Assembly (NCBI GenBank): GCA_965153455.1
Contig: OZ234494.1
Coordinates: forward strand, 1,860,001-1,924,000
Direction: 5' to 3'
Length of the DNA: 64,000 nucleotides
Origin: Sphagnum compactum
Taxonomy: Eukaryota
Positions 53,291 to 64,000 of this stretch are shown piece by piece. Numbering within the stretch: position 1 is the first letter of the stretch; every line of letters starts with the position of its first letter. The position numbers and the translations under genes were made by a program. Under the pieces are notes generated by a model. It saw only the letters and a program-made list of their open reading frames with translations, was not told where the DNA came from and did not search any database.

Positions 53291-56200
53291 TCAAGAGGTC
53301 CTCCCCTTTCTCTATTTGATATGCTGGTGCTTTGGTTTATTTAAAAGATTAGCAAGGATTCATCATTTTGCTTTCTTGTTATGTAAGTAGAACAAAAAGT
53401 AACAAATTCAAACCAAAGTTGGTTGATTATTGATTTTTTCAATATTTGTCGAATTGGTTATTAATTTTTTAGGTATCAAATATTTTTTAAATTCAAATTT
53501 TTAGATATTCACTTCATATTAATGTGTTGGAAAATTCAGTCAATAAAGGTATCATATTTTTTTGAATTTTATGGCTAAGAATTGGCAAATATGCGGGCTA
53601 GTTTTTGAAAGACCTTGTTGAAAACCGGCCAATATAATGCCTAGTCCAATTATCAAACAATAAATTTCTTGGTTTTTTTTTAAGCAATTTTTTTACCAAT
53701 CTTCTTGTTTTCATTTTTTTTACATTAAGCAAAACTCTCAAACTCTCATTGTGTAATAAGATTATCATGGAACCACACCTTATTTCTTTGCATTCACACA
53801 TTTACACATTATTCCATTGCATTCACACAATTTCACACTATTCCATTGGATTCACACATTTACATGAAGGTTGGATTGGATCAGACTTTCATAATCTATT
53901 AAGATACCACCTTGATGATCTACCAATCACAACTCTTCAAACCCATTCAATCCATGTTCCTTGCAGCTTTATATTTCTAAACTTGAATTTCTTTTTATAA
54001 ACATAATTATATTTCTAATGGTCACGCCACACTTGGAGGTAGTGTGTTTTTTCTAATTTTTCCTAATTAACGTCTAAAGAAGTGGCACCTACCAACCAAA
54101 AGTTATCTACCACTTACTTTCTACCTTCCTCCTAACTTTTTATCTATGGCTTGTCCACAGATAAAGCTTTAGGGCACGGTTAACTTAGTTTTTAAAGCTT
54201 TTTCAAAATAGTGGCCACACCATGTGATGATGATTCGGACTTTCTATTCTTTTTTTTCCCATAATCATCAGTGCCACATTAAAACATAACTTCTTCAAAA
54301 CTTCCTTCAAGTTGCTTTTGCATTTGTTGTTGTCCATGTTGATGCAAAAAAAGGAGAGCAGCAAATCCAAATTGCAAGGTTTGTGTTGCTACAAGAGAGG
54401 GATAAAAACAAAGTCTAGAAATTGCATGTGAAGGCAATAGACATGAATGCTCGCCAAGGTTGAAGGCCTTAGCGTTAAGTTACCACTGAATTATCTTAAA
54501 GTTATTAATGGAGATTACTACCTTTGGCATTTTTTGAAAAAATCTTCTAATTTTGTAGATTTGAAGAAAGTTAGTTAACTTTGACTTACCTCCCCCTTCC
54601 ACATCAACATCCACATAAGATCCATGTAGGATTTAAAGGTAGGTACCTTTTTATGTGTGGCTACAATAATAACTTTATCGCCACTAACTCTAAAATAACT
54701 CTAATATACCTCCAAGTGTGGCATGACCATAAACATGACTTCATTTTCATAATTTGGAATTAAATGACCAATAAAAAATAAACCAATAGCCTTTATAATC
54801 TCTATTGACTCATGCCTTCTCTCACAAAACCTAAAAGCCAAACCGTCATTTCCCAAATCCAATTCAATCCTAATTCCTTGCATTTATTTCTCTAAACACA
54901 ACTTCATTTTCACAATCTAAAATTGAATAAAATTATTCACCTTTCATGAACAAATCATTAAGACCTAATGAAACATGTCTAATCTTTGTTATGCCACCAT
55001 CTCTCATCACCACTTATTACTTTACTTTATTTATGGTTCAATATAGTTGGTACATGCAAATTTTATAAAGGGTTTGATAACAACGTACAGCGAACATAAA
55101 ATTACTATAGCATGTTACCATCACCAAATTGAAGAATAGCTCCCACTTTGTGAAAGAGCAACCCCACATTGTCAATGAGCAGCACCCAAGCTTGCAGGTT
55201 GGGTTCACAAGATCTATTGATGATGTTGTTTTTGGGAAGGCAAGGACTAAAGTCAATGAGATCCAATTTAGTGATAGATTAGTGAGAATAGGTACCTTGC
55301 AAACCTATTGGCTAGTGTGGGTATACTTTATGTACCATCCACTAATAGATGCAATTGTTTGATGCGCCTTAGTTGGAACCTTCATTTGATTTGTTTCCAA
55401 TGCCATTTCATGATGTCACCTCCCATCTAAACTCTTGGATATTCTATTTCTATCCTTTCACATTTTCAATACCAACAAGATAATATGGTATGATGCTAAA
55501 TGAATAAATTACAAAGAGAAAAGAAGAGTATTGGATCAAAAGATGTAGGGGCAAACGCAAAATGTGCCAAATAGCTCCATTTGTTTGTCAGTATAAAATG
55601 CACATTTGCACACAACCTAGTCAAAACACAAATGGACAACATTTAATTATGCACAAACGCCATGGGGCACAAAATCATTCATCAAAAGACAAAATTTTAA
55701 CAACCAATGGACCTAGTTGTGAACAACAAACAAAATAATTGGTGTTCCTAGCTTTAATAACTCTACACAATGTATACATGTTTATTCATAACGTGCATTC
55801 AATCAACATTAAATATTATGAGAACGTTTTTTTTTCCCCTAATTAATCAAAATCCAAGATGTTGATTATTAAAGGTCAGAACTTTAAAATGAAATAGATG
55901 GCAAATATAAATAATTTCAAATCAATTGTGCATGGGAAATCAAACACTTTACCCTTGGATTGAGAATTGAAAAAGGAGTTGGTCCATGCAAATTAGAGAA
56001 CATTGCTAACTATCGTAACACATGAACAGTTTCAGCATAAATTAAATTATTCCTGATTTTGTCGAATTTTGAAAAAATATTTACGACTTGTGCTGAAATT
56101 TTAATAATTATTATAAAATCAAAATTTGAAGTATTCATCTATAGGGTTTGAAATTCAGACCTACCACTTTAAAAAGGTTAAGAATGTTTAGACACATTTA

Positions 56201-57742
56201 AACTATTTCACAAAAACAACCAAATTATTGTTACTATTTTGTATAAACATTACATGTTGAAAATCTCAAAATTAAAAAACCAACTGCCAAAGTTAAGATT
56301 TGAAATTTAATTAATTATTCGACGATTTGTTGCCGAATCCATTGGGATACTACAATAAAACATCTAGCCATTAAAGTTGACATCTCAAGAATCTTGTTGG
56401 TGCAAAAAAGCTAGTCCTACAAACAAAAGAACAAAATGTTCATAAACATTCATCCATTGCTCCAACTTGTGATCAACATTGAAATGACCAATAACATCCA
56501 AAAGTGTATCATTTTCATCAATGAAAAGAATTCATCGATGGAATATTGATAGTAATGAACCTTCAACATGAAATAGATGCAAACTTACTTCAATTATTGT
56601 GAGTTGAAGGGGGAAGTCGACATTGCACAACCCCAATAGCTCCTCAATCTTAGTCCTTCGAGATTTCCACCAACGTTCAGAAAAGCATTCAAGGGAAATT
56701 GCAATCAAAATTTACAGACGACTATTGAAAACAAGTCGAAAGAAAAGCAATCCATTCTAAAATATTGTTAAAAAGCCCAGGTGAGAGTAGAAATTGAGAG
56801 TGACAGATGATGAGAGATGGAGTTCTACTTTACGGTTTTAGGTTTAGGGCAAATGATGAAATGACCATGACCTCCTAGAAGAAAGGGAGGAATTTTATCG
56901 ATAGCATAATTTTGGGCGCTAACAACAAGATCTGCCACGTTTTATTTAAGCCCTAACTAGGCATGTGGTAGTCAAACCCTTGAGACAAAAACCAGGAGGC
57001 GTCTGTGCAGGTGTTACACATTTATTTGTACTTTTCTGACGCTGTAGTTCTTCACCTAAACAGAGCTTGTTAAACTCTTCTTGCATGTCAAGACAAAACC
57101 AATTTGGTCAGCTTTTCAATGTGTTTGTGAATTCTCTGATGTTTAGGGGTTAAGGGGAAAAGACAATAAACAGGCTCCCAACAAGCATTTAATTGTCCAA
57201 GGTATTTAATTGACTAACAATGGCCATTGCTCAGCCAGCCCCCTGTGCAAAGTCATGTGATTCTGTCACAAGATTTGATTGGTTTGACCCTGATTTCAGA
57301 ATAAATAAAGAATTTTGATTGTTGCTATTTAACATCGAATACTGTGCTGATGATGTTCAGTACTCTCACCCTCTTTTGAAAAGTGTTAGGTTTGAAATCG
57401 ACAAAAAAGAAAGTTAAATACCCTTTTTGCAATGCAAAACCACGGCAATTTGCAAAACGACACTTGCTCAAAATTGGGTGAAACAAAGTTCAGTGAGTTT
57501 TGTAACTATCTAAGCTCCACCCAAAAACAAACAACTCCTTTATTTTAGAATATAATACGCGTATAATGATCACGTGTCCCCCACCCACAGATGTCATAAA
57601 AGACCCTCTAAAAAAACAACACTCAAAGACCATTTATGTCTTTACATCTGGACGAGTAATAGTGACTGTCGAAATCCATATTAGAAAGAAGCTTTTCAAG
57701 GGGTTAACATGACCACTGCAAATGGACCATTAATACCCGAGA

Positions 57743-57769
57743 GCAGCAGGATTTGCATTATCCTGCTGC
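57743..57769. repeat. 10-bp perfect stem hairpin
   Basis: GCAGCAGGAT-ttgcatt-ATCCTGCTGC. Confidence 0.7.
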
Positions 57770-58399
57770 AAGATTTAATGAAACCGGGTTGGTGTTTGCC
57801 AGTGCGGGGGTGGAGATGCTCTTAGTTCTCAATAGACCCACAACCAAAACATAGATTTATTTGGCAAGAAGATGAATGAATGGTAAAGCTACTACTATGG
57901 TATCCACATCCATCAAGACTGAGAACCAAACTTGAACTCGTTTTGCCCTCACGGTTTTTGCCTCAAATCCGTGAGGGGGTTACATTTACTTGGAAGGCTA
58001 AAGTCGGTCGGTTGCTGCTTAAAGTCTACTCCTGTGGGAGGGCCACACATGTTGGAGTGTTCTTTTATTGCCCATGCCTTTCCAGATTAGGAATTGAAGA
58101 TGTTTTGTCTTTTGTTTTGTTTTGCATGAACATGTGATTCACACAATCTTTTGCAATGCCTTGATTTTTAGGTGACATTATTTCCTATCTGATTGTCACC
58201 CCAAAGTATATGGCACGTTCCAAAAATAAAATAAAATAAGGCTATTGTTCTATGAGCTTCCAACTTCATGATTTTCTTTTAACTATTTGCATCATAATTT
58301 CACATTAGTCCTGCGAAGGTTGGGGCGAGGAAGCCCTAATGTCACGTCTTCAATGCTATTTTCTGAATAGTTTTTTCACGGTTCAAGTTAAGACATAAA

Positions 58400-58598
58400 G
58401 GTGCATCCACACATAATGTTAACTGAAAATCTAGGTGGCATCTTAGGTGGCACCCAATGTTAAATGGGTGATTGTTTAACATTAAATGAATGTTATCTTA
58501 ACATAAAATCTTCATGGCAAATAGGTTTAGGTCCTAAACACTAGCTTGGTGTTAGGGGACTTAATACTAGAGTCCTTAACACCAAGTGTGGATGCACC
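58400..58598. mobile_element. Tourist-like MITE (199 bp)
   Basis: TIR GGTGCATCCACACATAATGTTAA versus TTAACACCAAGTGTGGATGCACC (20/23 match). Right flank TTA, left flank AAA. Confidence 0.7.
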
Positions 58599-59804
58599 TT
58601 AATTGGGATACCCCTAAAAGTGACACCTTTCACCCATTTTCATCCTCATTTGGCTGTTTCACCCTCACTTTGTAGCTATCCTTAAAGTCTTTTAAATTGG
58701 GACCCAAAGTTCAACAACAAGAATACGCTCTCCAAATTTCGACATGGTTAATATTTTTAAACTATATTTCCAAATCTTGTGTCTACTTAAAGGATCTACC
58801 TACCTTGGTTAAGGACCTACTTAGGCTACCTACCCACTTACCTAGAATACTTACTTACTTGCCTATCTAAGTTACCTATCCATCTATTTATTTGCTTAGA
58901 TTACTTATTCACCTAGGCTACCTACATCCTTACCTAAGTGCTAGGCTACTTACTTATGTACCCACTTACCCATTTAGGCTACCTACCTTCTTATATTTCC
59001 TAGCTAGGTCTGTTTCTACACAAAGGAAGAAACATGGATGGGGGACCAAATTAGTTTTACCTCAATTTTAGGAGGTTTGTGTAGATTGTATTTTTTTCAA
59101 AAAATTGAATTAAATCCTGGTGGTTATACAAGGTGATGAATATTGAAAAACAAGGATTCGAAAAGATATAGGCCATAAGGGATTTGAAGAATTTAGAATG
59201 TTTCAAAATAAAAAAACAATTGTGAAAGATCCATCATTTAAAATATATTTTATTATATACATAACATGAATTTCATTGTGTAATTTCAACTAAAAACTAG
59301 AAACTCTGGATTGCAAGTTTGAAAGTTCAACGAATCCATCAATAGTTGGCATATTATTACAATTACAATTAAAATATTCATGATTTTCCAATACTTAGAT
59401 AAACAACATCAACATTTTCTCGAAATAGATTTCCAATTGGAGAACATTGGTTTTTACCCTTTCAAACTACAAACATTGTTGGATAGTCTATAGACATTAA
59501 TCCAAACCAATTGCAAGCAAAAAATCAATAATTAAATTTGATAAGTAGACATAATACAATCGTTAACCTGAAAACACATGTAATCAATTTGTCTCAAATA
59601 TAAGGTGAAAGTTTTATACCTAAAAAAAATTGAATAATGCCAATATCCCCATTAATTTTTTCATATATTGCATAAACCAAGAATAATTCAATGGAAAGGA
59701 AGTTAACATGGCTTAAAATATTGACATGATTTCATAATGTAATGCTAGTTGTTTTTGCCAATGACTGTTCAATCAATGCTAGCCACAAATGAAATGCAAA
59801 GTCC

Positions 59805-60100
59805 AACCATTGTCAAAGATGTCTTTCTTAGTAAGCATAACTATGATTGATGCACATTCAGTTTTAAAAAGTTCCACCAAACTTGCCTCTAAAAGTTCTT
59901 TCGTCTTAGCTTTAACCAAAGCTCGTTCCATATCATTCAACCTATAAGGTCGTTAAAAAATAAGGGTATCATCATCCAAGATGATCCGTACTTCTTGCCT
60001 TTTGAGTTTGCCTAACTCTTCGAGGTTGAAAGCAAAACAATGCACATACTTTTATAAAAATTGTTGCACCTTGCGTGCCTCACCTCTTGTTAATGTCGGA
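59805..60100 (-). mobile_element. Ty3/gypsy pol fragment: start of the reverse transcriptase
   Basis: PTLTRGEARKVQQFL*KYVHCFAFNLEELGKLKRQEVRIILDDDTLIF*RPYRLNDMERALVKAKTKELLEASLVELFKTECASIIVMLTKKDIFDN. This follows the gypsy pre-RT pattern PxxxxPYRxxxxE...LLxxGxxExSxxxxAxxxVxxxKKD. Truncated afterwards. Confidence 0.8.
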
Positions 60101-60539
60101 GACCAATTTCAGGATCCAATGTGTTTGCAATTATAGGTGTTTAGGGCAATGGTGACTCATCCCTAATGCCCGAGGTTGAAAACACACCTTGTAATTGCTA
60201 CAAGGTTGATATGGGAACATCCAAACTTGAAGCCCCCATTCCATGTGCATTTGAAGTCCCTTCAACTTTTTCAAACAAGTTCAAAATCTTGAATGCCAAA
60301 AATGCATTTGACATGTGTTCTCCCCACTCCAAACATTGAGCCTCATGTCATCCATCACCCTTTCCTTTCATGAAAAATCCCATAATTGGCAAGGATGTTT
60401 GGCCCATTTGGGATCATCAAATGTGACCCCATGATCAGGCTGCCACCCTACATGAATGTACGTAACCCAAGATGAAATGCAAGAGATGATGAAGAAAGGG
60501 AAACATGGGTGGTTAAGTGGGTGGGAAATGAACAATTGT

Positions 60540-61350
60540 TGGTGTTCAACCAAACTTGGGCTAATGACCCATGTCACATAGTTCAAGTCCATGACTTGAC
60601 CAAGGAAAAGCCTTCTAATGGCTTCCTATAAGCCAACGAGATGAATGGTGTGGGTATGAAACCCCATAACACATTCATGTTCATTAACATTGGGTTCCAT
60701 CCAACATGAATGTTGTGAATCCCAAATCATGTCAGGACCATCATCTTGAAATACATGTGAAACTAGAAAGTTCATGATGGTGGGCAATGTTGCTCGTGGT
60801 CAGCCCACCTTTTTGAAAATGTCAAGAGGTGGCCGATCATCATGTTGCACTATGTGGGACATGTGTCCTAGATCCAAAATGGCATCCACTATAAGATTTT
60901 GAGGTCATGGCACCAAATGGTATGTTCGTTGCAACAATTCTAGTGGTGTTATATTGGTCCATAACCACTATAACCAATGTGCATGATATTGCACTAATGC
61001 AACATCCACCAAAATGGGCTAGCCCAACCAACCATGAACTTGATCCCATGTCATCAAAACCTGTAGCCATAAATCACCTAAAGGATGGACATTCTCCAAA
61101 AGATAAATGAATGGTTTGTAAATGCAACACCATTTGTAGGAGCTACCAAAAGAACCTCGATCTTGGGTCAAGCAAACCACTGCCTATGCTTACTTTAAAA
61201 TGATTTTGACTGACCATCCAACTACGACCATATCCACTAGGCCAACATCATCCAAATGTTGTGCCCCTAACAATATAATGTCTTGAAGTAATGCCCCCAA
61301 ATATCCACGCAGAGCTATAGTTGGTAATAGTAGCTCTAGATATTGATCCT
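60540..61350 (-). pseudogene. Decayed C5 cytosine DNA methyltransferase domain, retrotransposon-borne
   Basis: Motifs occur in order: VDMVVVGWS(C)Q (IV, ~61205-61237, 1-nt frameshift), GLLDPRSRFFW (V), IYLLENV (VI, ENV at 61088-61096), VDVALVQYHAHWL*WLWTN (VIII), EPNVNEHECVMGF (IX), EAIRRLFLGQVMDLN (X, ~60581-60625). Motif I is absent. Confidence 0.8.
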
Positions 61351-62383
61351 TATTTAACAACTTACCTCTTCTAAAAAATTCAATGAAAAAAATCATTACA
61401 CTTGGAATTTTGAAAGGCCTTACTAATGTGTTTTTTATGGCCATTATCAATAATGTTTTTCATTTAGCTTGATGGACATCACATTCAATTTGTGATTTCA
61501 AAACTTGTTTGAATAATCCAAATTGATTTAGTTTTTTTTTTTAACATTAACTCAAAATTTATTTAAATACATATTATACCCTATCAAAACCTATTCAATA
61601 AAAGATTTTATGAAAATGTCTTCCAACTTTACATAATTCTATCATTACATGGTTTTTTGAAAAGAAATTTTGTTGCAATGTTATTATTAAACTTTTTTTC
61701 TTTTAGAAAGGTTAGTTCGTTTAGTAGATTTACTAAGTGGCCTTCACCATTTGGCAACCATGTTTGGGACATCACACCACAACTTTTGGTTCAAAGCTCA
61801 AGATTGATAAATTTTTTGAATATGGAAACCTAAAATTGTCCTTACAATGTATTATGTGCACGCAAAGTTTTTTTTTTTTCTTTTGTAGGGAGCCTCTTTG
61901 ATTGGGCCATCGCTAGAAAAATTGAAACTTTTGCACTCCCGAAATTAAAAAATTGCACTTTGCCCTCTTGAAACAAAAATATAGAAGTCTTTTCCTTTGA
62001 TTACCTTCATCATGTCCAAGAATAAAATTGGGTTGCAGTTATATGATAAGTGGTTGGTGAGATCTCTTGGGTGTTGTTGTATCACTTCATTGCTTGAGTA
62101 ATAATTTTATTACTAAAAGTGTTAGTGACCATTTTTGCCCCGATGGCAAGGAGCACCACACTTTCATTTCCTATGTTTTGCCTAAACTTGTAATGAGAAA
62201 ACTTACAAAGGTGGTAGCAAGCACCACACCTTTATCCCATATTCTTTGCCCAGAACTTAACAGGGGCAAACTTCCAAATGTGTCCAAAAGGGAAGGCTTC
62301 TTGCACAGAGGTGCAAAGTGCAAAAGGTCAAATGACGATTACCTTCAAAACCTTGCCTAAACCATATTAGACTTAAGATCTGG

Positions 62384-62412
62384 ATCCTATGTTAAGGGCC
62401 TTAACATAGGAT
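62384..62412. repeat. 29-bp near-perfect palindrome
   Basis: ATCCTATGTTAAGG-g-CCTTAACATAGGAT (14-bp arms). Confidence 0.85.
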
Positions 62413-63526
62413 GCTCATGCTGGTTCTAGGGCCAAGTCTAACTAGTATTTCTATTAGGAATTTTCACTTGGAACCAAAGGGATGATCATCCATAGAAAGA
62501 TGTTAAGAAACTAGCGATCATGGCTATAAACCAGATATGAAATACAAATCTTTAATCATCTTTTTATGATCTTGGCTATCCGTTGAAAACCAATCATAGG
62601 AATCTGACAATTTGTACTACTGTTTTTTTGCACTTTTGGCAATTGAAAACCTTCAAAATCACTTGATTTTTGAACTTTTAATTTTTGAAATTTCTTTTTG
62701 GTGAACTTTCTCCAACAATAAAAGGTTGAATCTAAATGACCTTGGCTTTCCTTGGGTTGGGTCTGGGTCTCGAGGTAGGGCCTTGACCCATGGCTTGTCT
62801 TATGGCAAGTCTTGTCTCATGTAAATCCACTGGATCTGGTTTTTAAAACTGTACCCACATTGGAACCGGAACCAACCAACATTGCTTTAAGACACACCTA
62901 ACATCCCAAGCTTCCTGAATGCAGTTGTCGTCCACACTGAGATTCTCAGACTAACTAGGATTACCCAGAAGTTCAAATGTAAGTGCTCTCTTGTTACATC
63001 CTTACCGTGAAGTCCATCACACTGACATACCATCCCACTGCATGCTTCTTCATCTCATCCAGTAACATACCAACCCCTAGGCACAATTCACTCAAATTTT
63101 CATGCATCAAATAATCTACCACAGTTTGGAACTCAGTGAAGCCTGACACAAGTCCAACAAATCATTGAAAGATAAGCTCATGAGTCATGACTGCCAGGGA
63201 CTTTCTATCATCCATCTACCAATGGGATCACAGAAGTTTTGAAACATTCAACCCATCACACTCTTCTAGAGAGACATGCTAAGTATTGGAACCAGGAAGA
63301 GCAGTGGAATCAATGAAATTATGCCATCTTACCAATGCAAGCCTTCTCTCCAAAGAGATCAGCGTTTACAAAAATTTCTAAGTTACATGCATGCTAGTCT
63401 GTGGCTTGACAACTACTGCCACCTTCAAAAACCACCTGATCAAGCTAACTGACTTCTTCACCTCCATCCACTCCTGCCTTCATATTCACACCCTTTCTCT
63501 GAGTTCATCCTCTTCTCCCAGAAGCT

Positions 63527-64000
63527 TCAGCAGCTCATCATTAAATTGGCAAGCATTGAGTTTTGCAAAAAGCAACTAATTTCCCGGTGCCTCCAAGAAA
63601 CACTACTTTCCAGTGCCAGAAACGGCGCCTTGAACCACCCATCAGCAGCAGAAGCATCCCTAACTAGAACCCTACCATCCACTAACCCAACTAGCTGGAA
63701 TGTTTTTGCTGTTACATTTTGGTCACTTGAAAACTGATCCTGTGACCCTTTCTTTATCACATATATTTTGAGAGGCTGGTATTCTAGTTTCAAAATATTC
63801 TGTTCATAGATGCATTGTTCAAGGCAACACAAGCCAGTGATGAAAGAAATTTACCAAACATGACAATCTACATACAAGCAAAAAGAGGCAAATCTCAATG
63901 ATGGGCTTGACTGAGAACACAATGCCACTGGTACCACAATGCTAAGGATACCAGTGTTGTCACTAAATGTTAAATCTTCTTTAGATTCTTGCCAATTTAT
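63527..64000 (-). other. Possible terminal exon(s) of a minus-strand gene entering from beyond the window
   Basis: Open frame from the window edge (INWQESKEDLTFSDNT), a candidate donor near 63950, a candidate acceptor GAACAG near 63803, and more gene-like composition than the flanking DNA. No recognisable domain. Confidence 0.25.

Noticed and set aside
60540-61350. Functional host DNMT3/DRM gene
   Set aside because: It has multiple stops and frameshifts, lacks motif I and introns, and is collinear with a gypsy RT fragment. Treated as a TE-borne pseudogene.
63000-63080. PPR-like micro-exon VGMLLDEMKKHAVG on the minus strand
   Set aside because: Too short, and it cannot be joined to other exons with confidence.

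Overview
Eukaryotic land-plant DNA with spliceosomal GT-AG introns; the gene and repeat content suggests a bryophyte, probably a Sphagnum-like moss (inference). Five intact host genes are supported: a two-FAS1 fasciclin-like arabinogalactan protein (+), an R3H/G-patch protein (-), a two-exon ALDH probably of the ALDH23 type (+), a ~14-exon nucleobase-ascorbate transporter (-), and a 1,619-aa TPR+SET protein with a large acidic 51-aa repeat insertion (-). Intergenic DNA is mostly decayed transposons: pogo/DDE_1, a Helitron with PIF1 helicase, a hAT derivative with an 8-bp TSD, a solo LTR with a 5-bp TSD, CRE-like RLE non-LTR fragments, MITEs, and a large inverted pair of ~200-bp tandem arrays. 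The most striking observation is mostly invisible in the ORF track. At ~59.8-61.35 kb (- strand) a decayed C5 cytosine DNA methyltransferase domain (motifs IV, V, VI, VIII, IX, X in order) lies directly upstream of the start of a Ty3/gypsy reverse transcriptase. This looks like the relic of a DNMT-carrying LTR retrotransposon in a land plant. All calls come from manual translation and alignment; no database searches were run.
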